In this document: positions 52,291 to 64,000 of the stretch, one piece after another
How positions within the stretch are numbered: position 1 is the first letter of the stretch
Layout of the letters: every line of letters begins with the position of its first letter
Assembly: GCF_006345805.1 (NCBI RefSeq)
Contig: NW_021833065.1
Span: 62,001 to 126,000 of the forward strand
Length of the DNA stretch: 64,000 nt
Source of the DNA: Octopus sinensis
Taxonomy: Eukaryota
Direction: 5' to 3'
The notes under the pieces: generated by a model
Database searches by the model: none
Told to the model about the DNA's origin: nothing
The model's input: the letters and a program-made list of their open reading frames with translations, nothing else
Position numbers and translations under genes: made by a program

Positions 52291-54252
52291 GGGATTTGAG
52301 CTGAGATTTGAAACCGATTCTAAGGATTCTCACTTGTCTGATCCACCACTAGCCAAACAGGTGCAAAAGAAATTTCTTTGTCCTGTCAAAAAGTGATGGA
52401 TGGATTTCTCTTTGACCTACGACCTCAGATGTGTCATTTAAGGTTCGAGTGGACAAGAGGCAACCTACATAGGTAGAAAATACTCCTGTGGTATGTCTGT
52501 CCTTCTAGCTGTCATGACTCTTATAAATACAGCAATCCATCAAGGGACTGGATATAGCCATCACCAGGCAAACTGTCAAGAGACAGCCAGCAAGTAACTT
52601 GCACCAGTCAAGCAGCCAACTTAGAACCACATATTCAACATGAATGGCACAACACAGTAGCAGTTGCAGAACATAAACAGACACCACTGAATGATCAACG
52701 CACACACAAACACAAAACATGCTTGGTTCTACCTCATCACATCAATACAGTATTTCCCCTGTTTATTTTCTTTTTCCCCAACTCGAAGCAATTTGGTAAT
52801 GTCATGTAGTGAACTTTTTGGTGTATACAACAAATGTTGTTTAAATAAATTATTTAAACCACAATCCGATGTTTTCCCATTGTTTTACTTTGATGTCGTC
52901 TACATGCCTATTTCATTTGCTACCTCAACATCTTTTGCTACACCTTTCCCACTACACACACACACACACATTAAACCTTTCGTGGTGGTGTCCCAGTATG
53001 ACTATATTCTAATGACTGAAGTAAATAAAATATAAAAGATAAAAGATACAAGAGAAGATTAATCTTTCTAATAGAATTTGAGAACAGAGTGGGGTTGGGT
53101 AAACTTAAATTAGATTTTATATTTTCAGTCCCTCATTCATAAGCCAGCTGTTGAATGAAATTAAATTTCAATTTTTTGTTTTGCTTTTTATTTCTCAGTA
53201 TAGAATTTCTCCTAAAACCATGTAAGAGTTATCATGAACAGTTTCCAAAGCAGAGTACACAAAAAATACAGAAGGACTTAAACTCATCACCGAAATATAA
53301 CAAAATATTTGTCAATCCAAAACGAAATCTCTACTTGACCACTCAAACTGCTAGAAATAACAGCCAAATCACTCACAAATTTAATTCTATTCTCTTTAAA
53401 ATAGTTGATATACTGAATAAGTCCATCCTAAACATACTGCACCAGAAAATAATATGACATGGTCACAGCTGGAATGCAGATTGAATGACGATGGTTCATT
53501 ACAGAAAGCTGTTGCAATGAAACATGAAGAAGCTATGTAGTATCCAATGCTATGGATTTGTAGATCATATGTAGTTATGTGGTGGTGGTGAGTGGATAGT
53601 GAAAAGTGTATTTTTTTAATTGAACTAAATTTTTTGTATCACCTGTCAGTTAACGCATGCACATAAGTGCAATTCCATGAAGTATTCACAATTATTTACA
53701 TAGCAGATATATGCAATTTAACTAAAGGTCGTATCGTATATACAGAATATTTTTTTTTGTTTATGGGGAAAATGGAAAAATAAGAGTGAATATTTATTTT
53801 ATGAGTGTTGTGTATTAAGTCTATAAAATGCATTAAGTAATCATAGTATTCCACTTTCTTTAATTTTTCAATGAGTTGCAGATGAGCAATTATCTTTCCA
53901 TACAGACACAATACAGACTATGCTTTCAGGTTTTTTGGATAAAGTTTTCAGAAATAACCCAATAGTTTTACCATTAATTCTGTGAAATATTCATGGGTCC
54001 CACTAGTTATTTACTAAATTTTGACACAATTCTGTACATAAAGTACATTCTGAGTGTATATATAAAACAAAAACAAAAACAAAAAAGTACATATTCAGAA
54101 TTTTATGGCAAACAGATTAGTAACCAATGAAGTTCCATTGATGCTGGTGTGACATTCACATTTGCATAATCTTTTAACTAAACAAACAAATAACTTGAAC
54201 AGGTTGAAACTTTTTTCAGTTGTCATTTGTTAATTCCAATTAAAATAGCATT

Positions 54253-54581
54253 AGGGCTGGAAGAATCAGTGGAACAGCTGGCATAGGTGAATGGTGTATG
54301 GTGGTGTGAGCATGTGTTGAGGAGAGACGAGGAGCATGTTCTGAGGAGGGTGCTAGAGTTTGAGGTGAATGGATAGTGAAAGCGAGATAGACCGAGAAAA
54401 ACGTGGAGGGGACAGGTGAAGGAGGAGGTTGGGAGGGTTGGCTTGAGAAGGGGGAACGCCCCAAACCAGGTAAGATGGTGAGATGGTGTGAGGGCAGTTG
54501 CTATATCATTGAGGTAGATCCGGCCACCCGCTTTAACGGGGACTAAACCCAGATTCAAAATGATGGATGATGATGATGATG
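54253..54581 (+). mobile_element. 5'-truncated RTE LINE 3' end with (GAT)n tail
   Basis: WCEHVLRRDEEHVLRRVLEFEV...RPRKTW. 15-bp TSD aattaaaatagcatt at 54238-54252 and 54582-54596. Confidence 0.88.
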
Positions 54582-54649
54582 AATTAAAATAGCATTGCAA
54601 TGGCCCAAATTATATGCAATAAAACAGTAAGTCAGGTGTTTTGCATTTT

Positions 54650-55900
54650 CTTAACTCATAAATTTCCTAATCCTGCATAGACTACCCATGCGGAATAAAC
54701 AATTCTTGCAAATATTTCCAATATGATTCTCAAATTTCACATACCTATCAAATGTTAACCCTACACTTTTTGTTGTTGGTGAGAAGCACATATAAGATTC
54801 AAATATGTTTAAAGTACCTATTTGTATGGTATTTATATTATGATGTAAACTGCACACAAGAGCACCTCAGTTTTATTTGCATCTAATTTTAGTTTATTAG
54901 ATATGAACCAGTCTAGAATGGGATCCAAATAAATTGACAATGAAGGAATGTAATTATGTATGTTGTGGATATAGAAGGAAACATATAAAGCTATGTAATA
55001 TGTGTAAATCTAGTGTTTGATAATGGAGTGATATATACAATAAGTACTTCAAAGAGCCAAGTACTGAACCATGGAGTACACTGCAGTAAAATGTTGATCT
55101 TCCGCAGTGGCATCAACACATACAACCTCGTATTTTCCCATAAAATAAGAACAGAATCAGCAAACCAGAGTATTACAAAAACCAAAGTGTGATTGAAAAT
55201 GACATATAAGAAACTGTATCACACACCACAATTAAGTCAAGGAAAATTATAACTATTATCAGCTGCTAAATTGTTATACTATTTAACAGGAACCATTTTT
55301 GTTGAGAAACCATTTCCTATTTGATAACTAATATGGAGACAGAGCTGAGTTTATTTCCAAAAAATTTTGTATATGCTTTGTAACCAGCTTTTCAATAAGT
55401 TTTGCAATAGAAGGTAGACTAAATAGGGGTCAATAATTCTTTAATTCTTCTTTATTCAGATCTCCTTTTTGAGAAGAGGTGTAATCATTGCATATTTCAG
55501 ATAATCAATGGGTTAACATCCTCTTGATAGAAATATATTCACAAATTTTATAATAATCAGTGCAAAGATTTCCCTACTATGCATAACTATTCAAAACAGC
55601 ATGAAGTTTAGTACACAGGGCTTTGAGTTGACAGATTTTGACCCAGCAGCAACTTCATTTTCTATGACAGCTTCCAGATGTGGATGAGAACATATTTATG
55701 TACTCATTACAATGACACAGTGCTTGTAAAGACTTATGAATGAAATTTAATTTTAGCTTAAAGTAGTCCTTGAATGAATTAGTACAATCCATTGTAATTT
55801 TATATGAAGATAGGATTTCTGAATCCTCTTTACATAAGATACATCTAATTTTCATTGGATAACACAATATTTACGGAGTTTTTTTATTATCAGAATTCTG
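54650..55900 (-). mobile_element. Decayed L2-clade LINE RT region
   Basis: Minus strand gives MITPLLKK...LKNY.PL.SLPSIAKLIEK, a GVPQGSVLG-like motif, and GLTFD..VKFENHIGNICK...RIRKF. Confidence 0.75.
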
Positions 55901-56212
55901 GGATTGACACTAGGGCAATTCTAGCCTGCATCTTAACTATTTAGTCTCTACAATTTCACAATTATATCACAGTGATATGGAGAACAAACAGTATCACAGT
56001 ATCACATTAAAAATTATAAGAGGTGTTAAAGAATGGCACAGTATCATGTAAAAGGCAGTGTCATACAAGTGGCACCTATGCCAGTGGCACATAAAAGAAC
56101 CTTTTACACTACTCAAGTGGTTGGTGTTAGGAAGGGCATCCAGTTGTAAAAACTATGCCAAATCAGACTGAAACCTGATGCAGCTCTATGGCTCATCAGC
56201 TCCAGTCAAACC

Positions 56213-56440
56213 TATTTCTTTACTACCCACAAGGGGCTAAACACAGAGGGGACAAACAAGGACAGACAAAGGGATTAAGTCGATTATATCGACCCCAGTG
56301 CATAACTGGTACTTATTTAATCGACCCCGGAAGGATGAAAGGCAAAGTCGACCTCGGCGGAATTTGAACTCAGGACGTAGCGACAGATGAAATACTGCTA
56401 AGCATTTCACCCGGCGTGCTAACGTTTCTGCCAGCTCGCC
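56213..56440 (-). mobile_element. Young tRNA-SINE nested in a (GAT)n-tailed element
   Basis: 14-bp TSD gctccagtcaaacc at 56199-56212 and 56441-56454. B box gagttcaaattcc on the minus strand. CpGs intact. Confidence 0.88.
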
Positions 56441-56489
56441 GCTCCAGTCAAACCATCTAACTTATGCCAGCAGAGAGAGTGGACATTAA

Positions 56490-56550
<61 letters not shown>

Positions 56551-58607
56551 CGACGACGACGACGACGATGACGATGATGATTGGAAACAAATGTTTTCTT
56601 TCTTTTTTTTTGTTTTTTGAAATCATACATAATGATTAACTGAATACATATAAATACAGATATAATTAAAAGAGTTATAATTTAAGGAAAACACACAGAT
56701 TAGAGTCCCCATGACTTTGATCATCTTCATCATCCTTAACCATTCCATCAAGCTACAGAAAATCTCTCAGCCTGTAATTACCTTTGTGCAACTCAAGTGT
56801 CAGAGAAGTCAAATAAGGGTCCACATTCCTCCTCTACGAAGACTGTGTCATGAGGGATTGCATCAGATTTTGTTTATTTCATACACCCCACTACTACTTG
56901 AGATAATATTTTGTTATTGCCAGCTATCACTCCTCCTTTAGGTCACTCATTATTGATATTCATCATTCTCTCTTACCATACTCATTTCTACTATCCATCA
57001 CTTGTTCTTTCTTACTAAGTAGCAAATATGTAGCCACTATCAGTATTTCTCTTCCACTCACTCTTATTACTACCTTTCTTCTGTTACTCTCTCCAGTACT
57101 GTTTCTTTCATTACTCTTTCCTCTTCGACTCTTGTCCAAAATCATTTTCTCTCATTATATTCTTACTTCTCTCATCTCCTCACTCTCATCCTCTCATCTG
57201 CTGCAGGTACTCTCCCTTCTAGTTCAACCTTTTGAATCATTTCTTTGAACAGAGACAATATAGGTTAGTGACAATATAGATTTGGGAAAATTCCTTAGTT
57301 TTGCTGAAAATATAACTTTTCTAGTTTTGGTGCCACTATAAAGTTAAGCCAGTACTTACTGTAAAGTAGTTGGTGTTATGAAGGGCATCAAGTCATAGAA
57401 ATTATACCAAAAATGGAACGTACAATGAAATATGACCTTCCAAACCATCTTGGAGGATAGTAACTCAGAATATGGACTGACTTAGACCATGATGACCTGT
57501 CCAACCCATGCATAAAATGATGCTGATAATGATGTCTGCTTTTGAAACAAAAGAAAATATAACCTAAGCAAGAAAACCAGACAAAATATTAACTTATTTT
57601 CTTTTAATTTTTGATTTACAACTTTCTTCACATCAACATTTTCTGAAGTATCCATTGATTAGCAGCAAAACAAAGACGTTCTTTTTTGCTGGGTAAAATT
57701 TATTTGAAAGTCACAGCAGTAAAACTTACTATAACGCCATTCATTAGATATTTAATATCTTTACCCAAAGTATATTATGGCTTCAGTCTACATACTATGT
57801 ACAATTGATACAAGCAAACTCATGTGCATGTGTGTGTGTGTGTGTGTGCATGTATATGTGTGCATGTGTCTGTGTGCATGCATATACATGCATGTGTGTG
57901 CATGTATGTGCACTCATGTGTGTGTGTGAATGTATGTTTGCATGTGTGTGTGTGTGTGTGTGTGAATGTGTGTTTGCATGTGTGTGTGTGTGAATGTGCC
58001 TACTTATTTCTTGGTGAAAGTGTTAATTTTCTATATATATTTAATAGACGTATGTACACGTAAATGTTTTTAAACTATTTGTTTGTGTTATTTTTTCAAA
58101 GGAAAAACAGTTTCCAGTTCTCAGAATAACCAAACATTTAAATTGAATGAAGCCAGTATTTGGATTACAAATTATAGTGGCTTTTCAGTACACATAAATT
58201 GAAATTGGGATGCTGTAAGTCTCTTAAAAAAACCTCAGACCTTAATTTCATTTGGATTCGTTTTTAACAGCTAGGGAAAATATGGGTAGAAAAATCTTCC
58301 AGCAGCCCCAATAAATCCAAGAATTTATCCTCATGTAAATACCTATATTTATATATTTATTTGATTTGTGTTTGCCTATGAGTAAGTATGGTTGGCAATA
58401 ACTTACAGGAAGTTAAAGGGAAGGTTGGTGATGACTGAACTAAGAAGCAGATGGCAAATATCCTGTCATGAGTGGCAAGGCCAAGAAACTTGATTCTAAA
58501 ATGCCCATCCTCCACTCAACCTAGTTTAAATAGCTATACAGAAAGAACACCTCAGCGATACATGCAACAGCTGTGCAGTGAAACAGATACATACTTCATT
58601 AGCTTAC

Positions 58608-58609
<2 letters not shown>

Positions 58610-58652
<43 letters not shown>

Positions 58653-58679
58653 CATCATCATCATCATCATCACCATCAC

Positions 58680-58721
<42 letters not shown>

Positions 58722-59140
58722 TATTATTTAACATTCATTTTCTATGCAGGTATGGATTGGATAGCTTGACAGGAACTGGTAGTCTGTTTTCACTCAGTTT
58801 CTATAATTGGATGTCCTGGGTACTTTTTTATGTGGTACCACCACCAGTGCTTTTTACACAGCACCAGCACAAGTGCTTTTTGCATGGCTCCAGCACCCAC
58901 ACCAATGATTTTTATATGGAACCTTGGTTTTAAGATCTCAGTTCTGTTGTGGTGGACGGATCTTCTTTAGAACAGCAATGTGTAACATAAGTCAGTCCTC
59001 TATCATCTCCTTCATAAGGTTCAATGTTTTGAGATCGGCCTTCAGTACTTCATCTCATGTCTTCTTGGGTCTCCTTCTTCCACATCTTCCTTCCACTTCA
59101 ATTGATAAGCACTTCTTTATGCAACTGTCCTCATACTGAG
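58610..59140 (-). mobile_element. Old RTE LINE 3' end with short tandem units in the 3'UTR and a (GAT)n/(TTA)n tail
   Basis: EDSCIKKCLSIEVEGRCGRRRPKKT on the minus strand, followed by ~25-nt ...taaaaagca units. Confidence 0.7.
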
Positions 59141-59899
59141 TTTAATTCCTAACAAAAGTATAAAGAGACATGAGCTCTCTCTTAACTGACTTCTCCAAGA
59201 TACATTACTTTAGAAATATCCTGTAAGTCATATAAAATGGATTAGTAACTAAGGATTGAAACACCAGTCATCGCCTTTGTTTCCATTGTTCTTGGTATTT
59301 GCACTTCAAATTTGTTTATTTAAAACTTATGTATTTGGTTTACCTGTCACACCGTTTTAGGAGAATCAAATTTTGATCAAGCCCTTTCATTTCTATTTTC
59401 AGTGACCTCAGTTCAGCTGCAACACAAGTATATATTTGAGATACCTGTAAAAAAAAATTATCCTTTTCCCTTTTGTCATTCTTAAATGGTTTACTTCCAT
59501 TATCATGGAAGTAAGAGATTTAGTTTTCACACACACTCACACACACACACACACTAAAAATTTTTTTGGCTCAAGCTTTGCACCATTTATCTTCCTCCTT
59601 CCATACAATTGGTGCCAGACTGCTACAAGCACGGGACAATAGATTCTCAATCAAAACTGATTGTCATCCGCAATGCAAACTTTTGTATTTACTTCCAACT
59701 TATTACAGTCGTATAATTACATAACAGTTGAATAAAAACTGTAATAGGCATAGACTATCTTTCATCAATCCATTGCAATACATCGAGAAATTATCTAATT
59801 TTCTGCATGCAGACTTCTCTAATTTGTTACATCTTAACAGTTACAGTGTCTTTTGCCCAACACAACGGACAATGGGACTCTCCAAATTATTGAATGAAA

Positions 59900-60346
59900 T
59901 TTATGTATGAAGTGCCTAAAACATTTCAAGAATAAACATATTGCAGCTGTGATACCAGTGCTGGTGGTACGTAAGAGAACCATCCGAATGTGGCCGTTGC
60001 CAACACCGCCCCGACTGGCCTTGTGCCGGTGGCACGTAAAAAGCACCATCCGATTGTGGCCATTGCCAGCCTTGCCTGGCCCCCGTGCCGGTGGCATGTA
60101 AAAAGCACCATCCGATCGTGGCCGTTTGCCAGCCTCGTCTGGCACCTGTGCCGGTGACACATAAAAAGCACCTACTACACTCACGGAGTGATTGGCGTTA
60201 GGAAGGGCATCCAGCCGTAGAAATATTGCTAGATCAGACTGGGCCTGGCGCAACCTTCTGGCTTCCCAGACCCCAGTTGAACCGTCCAACCCATGCTAGC
60301 ATGGAAAGCAGATGCAAAACGAAGAAGATGATGATGATGATGATGA
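59900..60346 (+). mobile_element. (GAT)n-tailed element with three diverged 62-bp units
   Basis: accatccga.tgtggccgttgcca...ggtggcacgtaaaaagc x3, then the common tail. Confidence 0.8.
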
Positions 60347-60569
60347 ATTATAATCTAAATTTAAGAAAAGATTGTTTTTAGCAAGTGAATTACCACAGTT
60401 TTGGGATATTTTGATGTTTCATCAGATTCTTTGTAGTTTGTTCCCTGCTTCTTTAATAAAGATGTACAAGGTGTTTGGACTATATTTGACAGTTTGCGTA
60501 AAGGAAACAAAAATACAATATCAATCCAAAAATAAAAGTATTTTTAAAAAATCTAAAAGTATCAACTAG

Positions 60570-61200
60570 ATTATGGCTGAAAAATAAGTTTACTCAGAGT
60601 AGCTGCCCCCAGCTTCCACCACAGCTTTGTGATGATTCCTGTGCCTGGTGCATATGTTCCTCGCTGTGTTCCTGGGAAGATCTTCAAACACTTTCTTGAT
60701 CTTGGTCACCATCTCGGCTGAGCATTTGGTGGCTTTTTTAATTATGTTCCACACATAGTAATCCATAGAATTACAATCAGGGGAACTAGGTGGCTGGAAA
60801 TTGGGGCTGGAGAAGTTGTAGATATTCTTCACTGACTACTTCTGATTTTCTTCAGAAGTATGTCAAGGAGCCAAATCCTGCTGCCAATCATATGACCTTT
60901 CAGCAACAACTCTCTCCAGCCAGGGTTTGATCACAGTCTTCAAAAGCCTTATATAGCCATCTGAATTAAGTCTAAGGCCCAGTTCAAAGATAAGGGAATG
61001 AATTCTGGCAGACAGATGCAATTAAAACACATTCTGTGTCCCTTTCTGCTGGCCACAGTTTCGTAGTCTCCATTGCAGCCGTCCATGTCACACCTTACAG
61101 CCTTTACAGTGTTCAAAGAGTACTGAGCAGCAGTTATGATTCTAGCATTTTGATAGCCAGTGCAAATCATCATGACACATGTAACCCTTTTCCAATATTT
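60570..61200 (-). mobile_element. Decayed maT/DD37D-like Tc1-mariner transposase fragment
   Basis: PPSSPDCNSMDYYVW...AVVEAGGSYSE matches the SPDLNPLDYYVW signature of DD37D elements. Confidence 0.7.
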
Positions 61201-62258
61201 AGACGGTTTCCTGTCCTCTATGTAAGTAACTTTTTCTCATCTACACCTTTAATCTTTAATCTTTATATTCTCCAATGCCATTAAGATGTTCCTGAAAAAA
61301 AGGGAACATAAAAGAAAGAAATCAACTTTAGCCCAAACACCCTATAGTTACCCCGTAGAAATCCCATGTAAGTATTGTTTTAACAGTATATCAATAATTA
61401 TGTAGGTTGTCTAACAGAGATTTAATTCTTTTGTGACCATATTTCCTATGATATACACTGTCTATGACCTCAATTAATTTTGAGAATAAAGATTCTGATA
61501 GGGTTTAGTGAAATAGCTTGTTATTTTGTACTTAAGTTATAAAGTTACTACAGAAAATTATGTTGAAAAGCTTTATTTTAAATATGAACATTTTTAAACA
61601 GCAAGTTTTGTGTAATTAAAATAGGGGCAATCTAAGGTAGGTTGGTAACATAAGGGTTACATGAAATGAAAGTTAAAGCTAATAATTGATGCATACAAGA
61701 GATACAGCTTTGAATGTGACTGGGTGAGAAAGCACCATAAACAATACAAGGTAACTGTGGTAGATTATCATGGAATATATAGGAAGCAGTACAGAGGTCA
61801 GATTTCAGGAAACTGGGTCTCACAGATGAAATGTCAAATGATTCTGTCAGCATAGCACCATATCCAAACCTGCATAAAAAAAATGAGCTTTCAAGTGATA
61901 ATTTTGAGATGATGATATTGAAACAGATTTGAATTCAGAACATTTGTGCTAGTCTTGATGTCTGTAATATTTGGTTAAAACTAAAATTTAATGAAGGAAT
62001 ATGTTTAGCATATTTCTTGAAATGTCATCAGGATTGGTTTAGCCTGACATCTTTCATCATTTACTGGTTAAAAATATTTAGTGACTCACTGCCATTTTTT
62101 ATTATTTGTAACAAACAATTATTTTCTGTATTTCCTTCCTCTATCTGTTTGAATGTATGCATGTGTATATTTGTATGTGTAAGTGTGTGTGTATGTGCAT
62201 TTGAGTTTTTGCATGTCTGTGTGTGTGTGCACATGTGAGTGTAGATATATATAGATAG

Positions 62259-62289
<31 letters not shown>

Positions 62290-62293
62290 CATG

Positions 62294-62330
<37 letters not shown>

Positions 62331-62636
62331 TCATCGTTTAACATCCACTTTCCCTGCTGGCATGGGTTGGATGGTTTGACTGAAAACTGGTAAGCCAGGG
62401 AACTGCACCAGGTTCCAATCTGATTTGGCAAGGTATCTATGGCTGGATGCCTTCCTAACACCAACTACTCCAAGATTGTAGTGGGTACTTTTACGTGCCA
62501 CCAGCATGGGTGCCACTGACATGACACCAGCATCACAACTGTTGCTTCTTATACCCAACTATATATATAAAGGGATATATACATATATGTGTATGTGTGT
62601 GTGTGTGTGTGTGCATGTGTATATATATATATATAA

Positions 62637-62783
62637 TATATTAAATTAGAGATAAAACCACTATTAGGCAAATCAAACAGTGAAAAACATAAGCCAATAC
62701 ATAAAATTAATTTAAAATATAAAAGTTAAAAATAAAAAATTATTTAAATAATTTAAACTTATAAATTTTATATATATATACAA

Positions 62784-62840
<57 letters not shown>

Positions 62841-63058
62841 ATTTTTATATTTTTATATTATTTTATTAATTAATTAATTAATTTATTTATTTATTATTTT
62901 TTATTATATCAAAAGTATTAAAAGTTTAATATCTTTTACTAAACTTTTAATACTTTTGATATAATAAAAAAATAATAAATAAATAAATAAATAAAAAATA
63001 ATAAATAAATAAATAAATTAATTAATTAATTAATTAAATAATATATAAATATAAAAAT

Positions 63059-63090
<32 letters not shown>

Positions 63091-63236
63091 TTGTATATAT
63101 ATATAAAATTTATAAGTTTAAATTATTTAAATAATTTTTTATTTTTAACTTCTATATTTTAAATTAATTTTATGTATTGGCTTATGTTTTTCACTGTTTG
63201 ATTTGCCTAATAGTGGTTTTATCTCTAATTTAATAT
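62637..63236. repeat. ~290-bp-arm AT-rich palindrome with an 11-nt loop
   Basis: aaccactattaggcaaatcaaacagtgaaaaacataagccaatac versus its reverse complement at ~63172-63218. Loop 62929-62939. Confidence 0.92.
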
Positions 63237-63299
63237 AATATAATATAATATATTTATACTATAAAATTAGATTTAATCCTAAATCTCATTTTTCCCTGT

Positions 63300-64000
63300 A
63301 AGTTTGGATTTATTCCCTAATATTATTATTATTATATATATATATATATATATAAAAGACAAAAAAGAGTGAAAAAACTACAGAAGACTTGTGTTATATG
63401 GTTAAAGAGTATATTCAAATCGCTATGTTAGACAAATGTTATAAAATTTTGCGTATAGTAACATAGTTTTGGGAGAAATAACTGGTTTCGTAGTTTCTTT
63501 TCAAATTTCTCTACCTATATCGTGTCATGTCTTCACTATGTTGTGAAGTATGGAGTTCCAGACAGGGGAAGGTAATCAGGGATGTTATCTGGTATAAGGG
63601 AGATAATCAAACATGTTGGGAATGACTAATTTAACATGATTTGGTTTAGAAGGAACAGAATGTTACAAGTGGTTAGGTTTTACTTTATATTTTTTTCAAT
63701 GAGGTGAGTTTCCTTATTTAAAAATGTTAGAAATGGTTAAGTTTTGGCTTATATTTTTCAATGAAGACGGTTTCCTTATTTAATCTAACTTGTGTTGGTA
63801 TTCCAATGGCACATTGATAGAAAGGAAAGATTATAAATTGTGGTAGTAGTTGCTTTGCGCATTTCTCAATATGTTCACTAAAGGGTATCATTCTGTATTC
63901 TGGGAATGCAATCTACTGTCGATGCAGAGTGCATCTGCATCTGAGCAATAATCCCGTGGACCCTATGTAGTTTTGGTGGCAGCCCAAGCATCTTACGACA
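63300..64000 (-). mobile_element. Probable Penelope-like element remnant running off the window edge
   Basis: Abuts the palindrome and is homologous to 34150-34230. Family call is inference. Confidence 0.4.

Overview
AT-rich, microsatellite-dense metazoan genomic DNA. The (TA)n/(CA)n/(GAT)n load and the SINE, RTE and Penelope repertoire point to a coleoid cephalopod, probably Octopus; this is an inference. Most ORF-track entries are microsatellite or repeat noise. On the + strand lie the last five coding exons of a KMT2E(MLL5)/SETD5-family gene (5578-14880), with a VSLLEYRKR motif and a polyproline tail; two exons are absent from the ORF track in their coding frame. Facing it tail-to-tail is a phase-consistent minus-strand exon chain (20814->18562, possibly from 31068 or further). 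One of its exons carries a single in-frame UAG, which could be an A-to-I stop-repair site or a sign of a pseudogene. The rest is mobile DNA: two Tc1 elements, mariner and maT remnants, hAT and piggyBac MITEs, RTE, CR1 and L2 LINE fragments, Penelope fragments with minimal hammerhead ribozymes, several tRNA-SINE families and large fold-back palindromes. One Tc1 is near-intact and GC-rich, with a 5'UTR intron and a perfect ETS-CRE motif. A CpG-retention boundary near 2.7 kb cuts through an inverted-repeat pair.
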